From: an uncultured virus (IMG/VR IMGVR_UViG_3300029305_007860)
Taxonomy: Duplodnaviria; Heunggongvirae; Uroviricota; Caudoviricetes
DNA: 64,000 bases
Strand: one strand, 5' to 3'
IMG/VR virus record: IMGVR_UViG_3300029305_007860
Shown here: positions 9,400 through 18,442 of the stretch, piece by piece
How the letters are laid out: every line of letters begins with the position of its first letter
Position numbering within the stretch: the stretch's first letter is position 1
Made by a program: the position numbers and the translations under genes
The notes under the pieces: model-generated
What the model saw: only the letters and a program-made list of their open reading frames with translations
Told to the model about the DNA's origin: nothing
Database searches by the model: none

Positions 9400-11358
9400 A
9401 TGTTAATAGAAGAACTTGAATTATCTGAAAAAAAAACAAATCAGCTAAAAAAGAAAAAACTTAATACAGTAGAAGATATTATATATATGTTTCCTAAAAA
9501 GTATATGGACTATAGACAAGCAAAATCGGTTGATGAGGCGATATCCGGGAAAAAAACCATAATGATTTGTACAGTAATGGATGTAAAAAGAGGAAATAAA
9601 TACATAGAAGTTGTAGGAAGAGAATGTAAGTCCTTTAGAAGAGTATCTATAAAATGGTTTAGTCAACCTTATAAGTATTCTGAAGTTATTAATCTCAAAG
9701 GCATAGATGTAGCTGTAGGAGGATTATTTAACAATGATGATTATGGACCAAGTTTTGTTAATCCTGAAATATTTACTACAGATATTCCTTCTGCATTTAA
9801 AATTACTCCTATTTATTCTAAAATTGCAGGAATGAGTAACGAATATTTTTTGAATGTATTAAATAAAAGTTTGAATTTAATTGACATAAAGGATGATTTG
9901 TCTGAAAATTTCAGAAACTATTTTAATTTAATTACTGAAAGAGAAATGGTAATTAAATATCATTATCCTTGTTCGATAGATGATATTAAATTAGCAAATA
10001 AGAAAATAGTTTATAATAGATTATATAAGTTAGCGAAGAAAATGATTCTGGATGCTGGAAATGTTGAAAAAAAATCTACTTATTGCCCTAGAATCCTTAC
10101 TAATACTAATAAGTTAATAAATGAGCTCCCATACTCTTTAACGGATGACCAAAAAATTGTAGTTAGTGAGTTTGTTTCTAATGCTCAAAATGGAGAGCGT
10201 GTTAACGCATTAATTCAAGGTGATGTAGGTTGCGGAAAAACAGTATGTAGTTTTCTTATTATGTTTGCTATGGCTGATAATGGGTACCAGTCTGCATTAA
10301 TGGTTCCTACAGGAATATTAGCCAAACAACATTTTAAAGAATTACAGTTTTATGCAGAAAAATTTGGATATAAAACTGTATATTTGGGCGGAGATTTAAC
10401 TGTTAAAGAGAAAAAATTAGCTTTAAATATGATTAAATCAGGAGAAGCTACTTTTGTAGTAGGAACACATTCTATTATTTCTGATGATGTAGAATTTAAA
10501 AATTTAGGTTTGACTGTTGTTGATGAAGAACATAAATTTGGTGTTATACAAAGAGAAACATTGAAAAAAAAGGCAAATGACGGTGTTCATAGTATCTCTA
10601 TGTCTGCTACACCTATTCCTAGAAGTCTTGCTCTAACACTTTATGGAGAAGGAATGGATATATATACTATATCGACTATGCCGGGTGGAAGGGTTCCTGT
10701 AAAGACGGCTGTTGTTAATAACGATAATTCTATTTTTTCTTTTGTGCAGATGGAAATTGAAAATGGTCATCAATGTTATATTGTATGTCCATTAATTGAT
10801 AATAATGAGGATAACGAGAATGTTCCTGAATCCGTTGAAGATGTATATAAAAAAGTAACAGATTATTTTTCTATACATAATAAAAATATAAAAGCATCAA
10901 TGATAACAGGAAAAATGAAGGATAATGAAAAAAATCAAATAATTGACGATTTTTCTAAGAATAATACTCAGATTCTTATTGCGACAACTATAATAGAAGT
11001 TGGAGTTAATGTTCCAAATGCTACAGTTATTACAATAATGAACGCAGAGAGATTTGGACTTGCTGGATTACATCAGTTGCGTGGAAGAGTTGGAAGAAGT
11101 AATTTACAAAGTTATTGTATGCTTAAATCTTTAGAAAAGAATAATGATAGACTTGAAATCATGTGTATGTATACAGATGGATTTAAAATCGCTGAAGAAG
11201 ATTTAAAACTACGTGGAATTGGAGATTTAGCTGGAGTCAAACAAAGCGGAGATGATGAATCTGTCTCTCTTATGCTTAAGTATCCTCAAATATATGAAGA
11301 AATTAAAAATTATATAAAAGAAAAAGAGGTGTTTTTTAATGACAGTCTTAAACTGTAA
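9400..11358 (+). CDS. recG: ATP-dependent DNA helicase RecG
   Basis: QGDVGCGKT, DEEH, SATPIPRSL, TIIEVGVNVPNA, GLAGLHQLRGRVGR, DGFKIAEEDLKLRG. Confidence 0.95.
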   Translation: MLIEELELSEKKTNQLKKKKLNTVEDIIYMFPKKYMDYRQAKSVDEAISGKKTIMICTVMDVKRGNKYIEVVGRECKSFRRVSIKWFSQPYKYSEVINLKGIDVAVGGLFNNDDYGPSFVNPEIFTTDIPSAFKITPIYSKIAGMSNEYFLNVLNKSLNLIDIKDDLSENFRNYFNLITEREMVIKYHYPCSIDDIKLANKKIVYNRLYKLAKKMILDAGNVEKKSTYCPRILTNTNKLINELPYSLTDDQKIVVSEFVSNAQNGERVNALIQGDVGCGKTVCSFLIMFAMADNGYQSALMVPTGILAKQHFKELQFYAEKFGYKTVYLGGDLTVKEKKLALNMIKSGEATFVVGTHSIISDDVEFKNLGLTVVDEEHKFGVIQRETLKKKANDGVHSISMSATPIPRSLALTLYGEGMDIYTISTMPGGRVPVKTAVVNNDNSIFSFVQMEIENGHQCYIVCPLIDNNEDNENVPESVEDVYKKVTDYFSIHNKNIKASMITGKMKDNEKNQIIDDFSKNNTQILIATTIIEVGVNVPNATVITIMNAERFGLAGLHQLRGRVGRSNLQSYCMLKSLEKNNDRLEIMCMYTDGFKIAEEDLKLRGIGDLAGVKQSGDDESVSLMLKYPQIYEEIKNYIKEKEVFFNDSLKL

Positions 11359-11968
11359 TAATTTAAATGGTGATGTTATAACAGAAAAAACGGCAAGAGT
11401 AATGTTTTATGGAAATCCAGACAGTATTTTTAATATTTATAATAATTCTAAAGTTATAGAAAATGGTGTATTAAGTCATTTTTTTGTTGGTGGAGTAAAA
11501 GTTCCTCTTGAATATGAAAATGAGTTTTATGTTGCTCTTTGGTGGCAATTTTTTAAAGAAAATCCAGAAGTGTTAAAGACTATTTTATTATATGATGAAT
11601 TCAATGATGGATATTCAGAAGATACGATAAATTCTCCTGCCAGAATTTTTAAAATTCTAAAAATAGGTGGAATGAATGGATTAGGAACCATGTGTAAAAA
11701 ATTTCTTGTTTGGTTAAGAGAGGAAAGAAAACATATGGACTCCGATGATTTTACAGAGTTAAGAAGAAAAGCAGAGCTTTTAGTAAATGAAAATTATAAA
11801 AAATTAACTAAAGACGATATTCTTAATATAGCAAATATATCAGATTCGTCTTATTTTACTCGATTGGTATCCTTAGTTTATGATAAAAAAACGGATTGCA
11901 TTACTGATAATTTATACAATATGCAATTAAAAACAATAAAAAAAGAATTCGAAGATGGCAAAGATTAA
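11339..11968 (+). CDS. Hypothetical protein between recG and cas12f
   Basis: 209-aa ORF overlapping the recG stop, GAGGTG RBS. Confidence 0.75.
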   Translation: MTVLNCNNLNGDVITEKTARVMFYGNPDSIFNIYNNSKVIENGVLSHFFVGGVKVPLEYENEFYVALWWQFFKENPEVLKTILLYDEFNDGYSEDTINSPARIFKILKIGGMNGLGTMCKKFLVWLREERKHMDSDDFTELRRKAELLVNENYKKLTKDDILNIANISDSSYFTRLVSLVYDKKTDCITDNLYNMQLKTIKKEFEDGKD

Positions 11969-12007
11969 TAAGGTTTTTAAAACTGAAGATGATGAGGAGA
12001 GTTGAGT

Positions 12008-13228
12008 ATGGCGGTAAAAGTATTTGTAAAAAAACTTCAACTAATTCCAGTTGGAGAAAAGGATGAAAAAGATAGAGTATATGAATATATACGTACTGGT
12101 ATGTATAATCAATATATTGCTTTAAATCGTTGTATGAGTGAAGTAGGGACATTATATTATCATGTAAACAAAGATATTTCTTCCGTTGAATGGAAAGAAA
12201 AATATAGAGAAATATTTCTAATGAAAAATCCTCAGTTTGATGATATAGAGCAACCTGTAGGATTAGGTATGTTTTCGTGTGTCTTTCAGAAAGTAAAAAC
12301 TGATTTTTCTACAGCATTAAAATCTGGATTAGCTAAAGGAGAAAGACAATTACCATATTATAAACGTGACTTTCCTCTAATGGTAGGTGGTAGATTTTTG
12401 AAATTTTATAATTTTCAAGATGAAAGAGATAGTTATGCACTCAGATTTGTCAATGGTATTAATTTTAAAGTATATTTAGGGTCTCGAGGACATAAAGATT
12501 ATTCTCTTGTCGAGATGTTATCGTCTCTTTCCGAAAACACATCCAAATATAAGATTGGTCAAAGTCAAATTACAATTAAAGATGGTAAAATTTTTTTGTT
12601 CCTTACATTGAAAACAGAATATGACAACTCCTATATTCCCCAAAAAAATAAAACATTAGGCGTTGCGTTGGGATATAGTAGTCCGATTATTTGTGCTTTT
12701 AATGACTCTAATGATGTTATAGAAATTGGAGATAGTGAAGAATTTATCTCTAAACGACAATATATGCAGGAGTTCTATAAAAATTTGCAGTCGTCTATAA
12801 AATCAACTAAAGGTGGAAGAGGTAGAAAACACAAATTACAAGCTCTCGAACGGTTAAAAAACAGAGAAAAAAATTTCGCAACCCATTACAATCATGAGCT
12901 GAGCAAAAAAATAGTTGAACTTGCCGTTAAACATAATACAGAATGTATTATATTGGAAAATATTAAAAAAAATAGAATAAGTGATTTTCAAGTTTTAAGA
13001 AATTGGAGCTATTATCAATTACATGAGTTTATTAAATACAAGGCAAAAGTATATGGAATAAAGGTTTTAATAGAGGATGGTATTTATAAATGTAAATGTG
13101 GATATGAAATTAAAATAGATAATGCAGATGTTTCGATTTTTAATAATAATAAATTAATCAACTGTATAAATTGTGGAGCTGATATTGAAATAGGTGCTTG
13201 TAAAGCACATAATTTAGCAATACAATAA
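12008..13228 (+). CDS. cas12f: Cas12f/TnpB-family protein, predicted nuclease-dead
   Basis: GLAKGERQLPYYKRDFPL, KGGRGRKHKLQAL, NHELSKKIV, RNWSYYQL..IKYKA and Zn-finger Cys pairs; RuvC-I GVALG (D to A), RuvC-III IEIGACKAHNLA (no D); ATG 12008 fits RBS GAGGAG. Confidence 0.88.
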   Translation: MAVKVFVKKLQLIPVGEKDEKDRVYEYIRTGMYNQYIALNRCMSEVGTLYYHVNKDISSVEWKEKYREIFLMKNPQFDDIEQPVGLGMFSCVFQKVKTDFSTALKSGLAKGERQLPYYKRDFPLMVGGRFLKFYNFQDERDSYALRFVNGINFKVYLGSRGHKDYSLVEMLSSLSENTSKYKIGQSQITIKDGKIFLFLTLKTEYDNSYIPQKNKTLGVALGYSSPIICAFNDSNDVIEIGDSEEFISKRQYMQEFYKNLQSSIKSTKGGRGRKHKLQALERLKNREKNFATHYNHELSKKIVELAVKHNTECIILENIKKNRISDFQVLRNWSYYQLHEFIKYKAKVYGIKVLIEDGIYKCKCGYEIKIDNADVSIFNNNKLINCINCGADIEIGACKAHNLAIQ

Positions 13229-13234
13229 AATATA

Positions 13235-13354
13235 AAGGGTAGATTTGACTGCCTAAGTCTGAGGTAAGAGTCTCGTTTTTGAAGATTCTATAACACACTC
13301 GGAAAATTCTTGTTTGATGGGTTAGAACCATATAAAATATCAAGGATATCAAAC
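13235..13354 (+). ncRNA. Cas12f-type tracrRNA/scaffold fused to the first repeat
   Basis: Stem GGGTAG/CTGCCT with loop ATTTGA complementary to TCAAA at the repeat 3' end (pseudoknot); CTGAG/CTCGG and AGAGTCT/AGATTCT stems; TTCTTG..ATGG pairs with CCAT..CAAGGA of repeat 1. Confidence 0.75.
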
Positions 13355-13419
13355 CTCCTTTCTTTATACTTGTGAAAATATCAGTTTTAGAGCCATATAA
13401 AATATCATAGTTATCTCTT
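13319..13419 (+). CRISPR. Mini-CRISPR: two 36-nt repeats, one 29-nt spacer
   Basis: R1 GGGTTAGAACCATATAAAATATCAAGGATATCAAAC (13319-54), spacer CTCCTTTCTTTATACTTGTGAAAATATCA (13355-83), R2 GTTTTAGAGCCATATAAAATATCATAGTTATCTCTT (13384-419); 21/24 identity in the 5' part, 26/36 overall. Confidence 0.75.
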
Positions 13420-13430
13420 TAAGAGCATTA

Positions 13431-13461
13431 AAAAGAACACTCAATAGCGAGTGTTCTTTTT
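13431..13461 (+). terminator. Terminator closing the guide-RNA locus
   Basis: AAAAGAACACTC-aatagc-GAGTGTTCTTTTT. Confidence 0.85.
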
Positions 13462-13532
13462 CGTTATACTATTATGTAAAAATTTCTTACCCAAGCAAAG
13501 AAAAGGTAGCTTTGCAAATAAAATAAAAGGAG
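13462..13532 (+). promoter_or_regulatory. Conserved leader copy 3
   Basis: CGTTATACTATTATGTA at 13462-78; stem GCAAAG/CTTTGC, loop AAAAGGTAG at 13495-13515. Confidence 0.8.
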
Positions 13533-13543
13533 CGTGAGTATAT

Positions 13544-16390
13544 ATGGGTAAAAATGTAATATATGTAGGTGGTACAAATAATGTAAGTCGTTGTAATAAG
13601 GCAAGAAAATATGGCATAAAGGTTTCTGATATTACTATTGAGGCATTTTCAAGAACTACAGTTACAAAAGAAGCAATTAAATATTATAAGTATGATAAGG
13701 ACGTAACTTTAGAGGATACGGATTTATTTATCGACGAGAAGATGTCCGAATTATATTTTCCTAATGATTTAGTAAGGAGATTAAATCATGAAGAGGTTTT
13801 GTCTATTGTACATCGTTATCTTGAATTTGATTCAAGAAAAGCATATCCTTGTTCGTGTATTGATTTTGAGTTTGGAGGACAAACTCTTTCATATAAACCT
13901 CATTTTATTTATTATAGTGAAGAGCAGGTTTATGGGAAAGGGAAAAAAGGAATTATTAATGTCCCTGTTGTAGAAGTAGTTACTATGACTGCCGGTGCTC
14001 AAAAATTTACTACTGGTAACAAATATGGTTCTGCTAAAGATATAGTATCTTTGCATCATAATTTGGACGGATTAGGGCTTTTGATGGCTGGTAAACATTT
14101 ATTAAAAGGGAAATCTGGTATCGTAAGGTGCTGTGCTGATAGCTTAAAGACTTCTCTTGATAGTTCGGATGATTATTCTAGACCTTTTGTTGAAGCTGAT
14201 ACGGATAATTCTGGTGCTAAAAGTTCCACAAATCGTTGCTGGTTTGAAGTATTCTTTTCTGAAAATGGGAAAATCATTCCTTTGAATAAAACAGGATATT
14301 ATAAAGATTTAGAAAAGAATCAAAAAATCGTATATGATAATAGGAAACTTTTTCCGCAATATTTAGAAACTCTCAATAACTTTCTTATAGGAAAAAACAG
14401 TTGCTCTGATAGTACATGTGTGAAGTGCGATTTCTATGAGTTATGTAAGTATAATCATCAGCCTGTGAGAAAAGATGAAAATGTTATTGAAAAGAAAGAA
14501 GCGGTGGAGCCATCGTTAAACATGCAACAAAGAATGGTATGTGACTTTAAGGAAGGGATATGTTGTGTGGATGCAGGTCCGGGTTCCGGAAAAACTCAGT
14601 GCATGGCATATCGTATTTCTAAGTTATTGTGTGAAGGGACTCTTCCAGAAGAAATATTAGTAATGTCTTTTAGTAAATCAGCTGTCAAGGTTATTACTAA
14701 TCGTGTTAAATTTTTCGTTCATGATGTCTATGGGCTGTACCATATTGATACTGAAAAAATTAAGATTGCCACTTTTAATTCTCTTGGAAATGAGTTGATA
14801 GTAAAATATTACAAAGACTTGGGTTATAGTGATATTCCGGAAATGATTGATGAAGTAGAAATGTTTCATAGAGTACTATCGGCTATTGATTTTGAAAATC
14901 CATGTGAAGGATTTGATTATAAAAACTATAAAATGAAAGGATTTAGCAACAGTATAAAAGGTGGAGTAGTGTCTGAAATAACCTCTGAAATTAAGTATAT
15001 TAGAGAAAATGATATTACTAAAGAGCAATATAAGAATATTGCTACTGAAAAAGGTTATAATGAGAATCAGATTAACTATATTTGGGAAACCAATAATAGA
15101 TATACAGATATTTTATTAAAAAATAATCTTATTGATTATTCGGACCAGTGTTATCAGATATTACGTCTAATTGATTCTATAAATCCAGATGCAATTACTT
15201 CTACTTATAGATATAGTCATATTATTGTAGATGAATTTCAAGATTCTAATGACTTTCAAATGGTATTTTTGTCGGAGCTTATGAACACGGCTTGTTTTAA
15301 AAGTCTTATGGTAGTAGGCGATGATGCTCAGGCTATATATGGTTTTAGAGGAACTACACCTGAAAATATTATCAATTTTACTAAAAAGATAAATATTCCT
15401 ATAGAAGTAAAGAATTTTACTCTTGAAAGAAATTATCGTTCTACAGAAGAGATTGTATCTTTAAGTAATGAAATCTTATCTCACAATAAAAATAAGATTC
15501 AAAAAACATTAACTTCTCACATGGGAGTTTCAGGAAACAAACCGATATTTAAATCTTTTGAAAAGGATTCTATGGAAATAAGCTTTATATGTGATAATAT
15601 AGAGAAACTTATTTCTAACGGGGTAGAAAAGAACCAGATAGCTATAATTTGCTCAAAGAAAATTGCCCTAAAAAAGATATCTAAAGAACTTTCAAAAAGG
15701 GGAATCTTGTCTCAATATGATATGCCAGAACGTTTGCTGGATAATTCAAGAGTTAGAGCTGGGATAGGTTTTTGTAATTTTGTTTCAGATACAAAAGGAA
15801 CCAAAGGGCTTCTTGAATATCTTAATGAAGTATATAATGATACTTTATTTGAAAAGTTCTCGCCTTTGCGTATTCAGTCTTTGCTTGAAACAGCAAGAGA
15901 AGACTTTATAACATATTATACTCCTTTATCCTTAGAGGAACAAAAAGAGTTTGTGTTGAACGCCTTGACTCTTTTGGATGATGGAACAGATGCGGTTTAT
16001 ACAGACTTTTTAGAACGCCTTATATCCAAAACTAAGTATAATATAAATAATCTTCTTGATTATGTTAGAGATTTCTATGAGCTTGATGTAGATGCTACAG
16101 CAGAAAAGACAGGTCAATATGACGCTGTATCTATTGTTACTGCTCATTCTTCAAAGGGAAAAGAATGGGAATATGTATTTGTATCTCTTACTAATTTTGA
16201 AGATGTTCCTTGTAAAAGTGAGGAAGAAAAAGAAGAAATACGAAGATTAATATTTGTTGCATGTACAAGAGCCAAGTATGGACTTATGGTTACTACTTTA
16301 AGAAATAAGAACAAAGATGGAGATTTTATTCCTGAGAATCCTTGGTATAAAGAATTAAAAGATTATAATTCTTTTAACAACTTAGATTAA
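13544..16390 (+). CDS. UvrD/PcrA-family SF1 helicase with ~310-aa N-terminal domain
   Basis: AGPGSGKT, VDEFQD, VGDDAQAIYGFRG, LERNYRST, TAHSSKGKEW, FVACTRAK. Confidence 0.92.
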   Translation: MGKNVIYVGGTNNVSRCNKARKYGIKVSDITIEAFSRTTVTKEAIKYYKYDKDVTLEDTDLFIDEKMSELYFPNDLVRRLNHEEVLSIVHRYLEFDSRKAYPCSCIDFEFGGQTLSYKPHFIYYSEEQVYGKGKKGIINVPVVEVVTMTAGAQKFTTGNKYGSAKDIVSLHHNLDGLGLLMAGKHLLKGKSGIVRCCADSLKTSLDSSDDYSRPFVEADTDNSGAKSSTNRCWFEVFFSENGKIIPLNKTGYYKDLEKNQKIVYDNRKLFPQYLETLNNFLIGKNSCSDSTCVKCDFYELCKYNHQPVRKDENVIEKKEAVEPSLNMQQRMVCDFKEGICCVDAGPGSGKTQCMAYRISKLLCEGTLPEEILVMSFSKSAVKVITNRVKFFVHDVYGLYHIDTEKIKIATFNSLGNELIVKYYKDLGYSDIPEMIDEVEMFHRVLSAIDFENPCEGFDYKNYKMKGFSNSIKGGVVSEITSEIKYIRENDITKEQYKNIATEKGYNENQINYIWETNNRYTDILLKNNLIDYSDQCYQILRLIDSINPDAITSTYRYSHIIVDEFQDSNDFQMVFLSELMNTACFKSLMVVGDDAQAIYGFRGTTPENIINFTKKINIPIEVKNFTLERNYRSTEEIVSLSNEILSHNKNKIQKTLTSHMGVSGNKPIFKSFEKDSMEISFICDNIEKLISNGVEKNQIAIICSKKIALKKISKELSKRGILSQYDMPERLLDNSRVRAGIGFCNFVSDTKGTKGLLEYLNEVYNDTLFEKFSPLRIQSLLETAREDFITYYTPLSLEEQKEFVLNALTLLDDGTDAVYTDFLERLISKTKYNINNLLDYVRDFYELDVDATAEKTGQYDAVSIVTAHSSKGKEWEYVFVSLTNFEDVPCKSEEEKEEIRRLIFVACTRAKYGLMVTTLRNKNKDGDFIPENPWYKELKDYNSFNNLD

Positions 16391-16450
16391 TTTTGGTATT
16401 ACATAGTAAAGGTTAGGTTTTAAACCTAACCTTTTATTATATATAATTAA

Positions 16451-16545
16451 TATACTAAAAGTTAGTATATACAATACTAAATAATACTAAAAATTAGTAT
16501 AAAATTACTATAATAATTGACAACATAGTGATACAAAAGTATAAT
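16451..16545 (+). promoter_or_regulatory. Candidate parC centromere repeats plus parM promoter
   Basis: Clustered ATACTAA/TTAGTAT direct and inverted repeats at 16451-16510, then TTGACA-17-TATAAT at 16517-16545. Confidence 0.6.
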
Positions 16546-16577
16546 AATTATAGAATACATATTAAGGAGGATATATC

Positions 16578-17507
16578 ATGAAAGATAATATTGAGGTAAT
16601 TGGAGTTGATGTTGGGAATGGGTATACAAAGACGGTTCATTCTGATTTTGTATCTGCAAAACGTGATTGGGGAGAAACAAAACCTACTTTAACAGATAAA
16701 TTAGTATCATATAATGGAAAATATTATACAGTTGGAGGAGAACGTACTAAAACAAAAACTGACCAAAAAAAAGATGATACCTGTCTCACTCTTGCCTTAG
16801 CAGGAATCGGAGAAGAATTAAAATATAGAGGATTAAGAGAAAGTAAAATCCTTCTCTCAGAAGGGTTACCACTTGAAAGATGTATAGAGTCAAATAAGGT
16901 TTTTGACGAGAAATATTATTTGAAGGGTAATACGGTAGAGTTTGAGTATGAGGATATTCCTTATAAGATTGAGATAATTGATGTTCTTGTTAATCCTCAG
17001 TGTGTTGCAGGCATTGTAGATATGGTTGCAAATAAAGAATTACCGGATAATTGCCTTGTTATTGACTTGGGTAGTTGGACTTTGGATTTAGTTCCTATTG
17101 AAAATGGTAAGTTACAGCCAGCAAAAGCACAAAGTCTCAATATGGGAGTTATAGAGTGTATGCTTAAATGTAATGAAGGAATACGAAGAAGAACTGGTAA
17201 GGAAGTTCCTGAGTCAATGATTCAGCAAATAATGAGAGGAAATGTAGATGCTCTAATTCCACAGTATTCTTCAATCTGTGTCAATGAGATAACTGCTTAT
17301 GTAAATAATATTGCAGATGCTATAGAAGAAAATAAGTACAATACAGATGTATTGCCATGTGTGTTTATGGGCGGAGGAACATCCATTATAAAGAAATATG
17401 GAAAAGACAGATTCCCTTTAGCTATGTATATTTCTAATATTCGTGCAAATGCTATCGGTTATGAAAAATTAGGAAAGAACTATTTGAAAAAGAAAGGATT
17501 ATTATAG
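16578..17507 (+). CDS. parM: ParM/StbA actin-like segregation ATPase
   Basis: GVDVGNGYTK, GLP, VIDLGSWTLD, MGGG, ANAIGY. Confidence 0.9.
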   Translation: MKDNIEVIGVDVGNGYTKTVHSDFVSAKRDWGETKPTLTDKLVSYNGKYYTVGGERTKTKTDQKKDDTCLTLALAGIGEELKYRGLRESKILLSEGLPLERCIESNKVFDEKYYLKGNTVEFEYEDIPYKIEIIDVLVNPQCVAGIVDMVANKELPDNCLVIDLGSWTLDLVPIENGKLQPAKAQSLNMGVIECMLKCNEGIRRRTGKEVPESMIQQIMRGNVDALIPQYSSICVNEITAYVNNIADAIEENKYNTDVLPCVFMGGGTSIIKKYGKDRFPLAMYISNIRANAIGYEKLGKNYLKKKGLL

Positions 17508-17565
17508 AATTGTTTTGTATTTAATATAAGAAGAATAAAACTTCTATAATATACAGGGTTATATT

Positions 17566-18000
17566 ATGGCAAATAAGAATAATAAAGCTCATATAGGTTT
17601 TTTTATGAATTTAAATAATCCGTCTGATAGAGCTGTTCATCAGATATTAGAAAATAGACCTCCTTTTATAACTAAGACGGCATATATAAAAAGAGCTATT
17701 ATGTTTTATAAGAAATATGGTGGAGGAAATGTTGAGTTGACAGAAGGAGGAGTACTTGAACCTATTTTTTCTGGAGATTCGAACAAAGAGAAGAAGATTA
17801 CTAATGGTAAAAAGAATACTCCTAAAAATAAAGATTTAAAGAATACATCAGAAAAAAGAGTTTTTGAACCAAATGACAAATCAGAGGAAGATATATCAGA
17901 AACAATAAGTGATAAAGAGAATGACATAATAGTAAAAAATAACTCTGATATAAATGAAAATGTAGATTATGATGCTTTTGTGAATGGATTCTTTTCATAA
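17566..18000 (+). CDS. Putative ParR-like adaptor
   Basis: Directly after parM; RHH-like N-terminus (KTAYIKRAIMFY), disordered acidic tail ending in a short hydrophobic helix. Confidence 0.65.
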   Translation: MANKNNKAHIGFFMNLNNPSDRAVHQILENRPPFITKTAYIKRAIMFYKKYGGGNVELTEGGVLEPIFSGDSNKEKKITNGKKNTPKNKDLKNTSEKRVFEPNDKSEEDISETISDKENDIIVKNNSDINENVDYDAFVNGFFS

Positions 18001-18025
18001 ATTATAATAAAGAAGGTGTTGTTAT

Positions 18026-18442
18026 ATGAAAAGTATTGAAGTAATAATATCTATTAGTAATGGTGTTCCATATTTTCCGCCTCAAATCCCTTCTATTTTA
18101 TATATAGATAAAGAATATCCATATTCACGAATTGGCAATATTGTTAGTCTAGTAAAGCAGGAAGGGTTATCCAATAAATATAATTTAACCAAAATTAATT
18201 CTGAATTCTTAGGGTCAATACCAAAGGATGAGATATATACACTATCAGGACCATATTCAAATGATTTTTTTTACGTAAGGAATGAGTTGAATTCTTCATC
18301 TTTTAGAATATGTAAGGTCTTGACAAGTCTGCCATGGACTATTGTTTGTGAAAAATCAGGAAAAGAAAGAATTAAATATTTTTCTCGTGCTGAAAATTAT
18401 AAGATAATAGATAAGGAGCTTAATTATGCAGTCCCTAAATAA
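18026..18442 (+). CDS. Hypothetical protein
   Basis: 138-aa ORF with RBS, overlaps the recJ start. Confidence 0.7.
   Translation: MKSIEVIISISNGVPYFPPQIPSILYIDKEYPYSRIGNIVSLVKQEGLSNKYNLTKINSEFLGSIPKDEIYTLSGPYSNDFFYVRNELNSSSFRICKVLTSLPWTIVCEKSGKERIKYFSRAENYKIIDKELNYAVPK

Noticed and set aside
12008..13228. Active IS200/IS605 transposon
   Set aside because: No tnpA or IS-end hairpins flank it, RuvC is degenerate and CRISPR-like repeats follow
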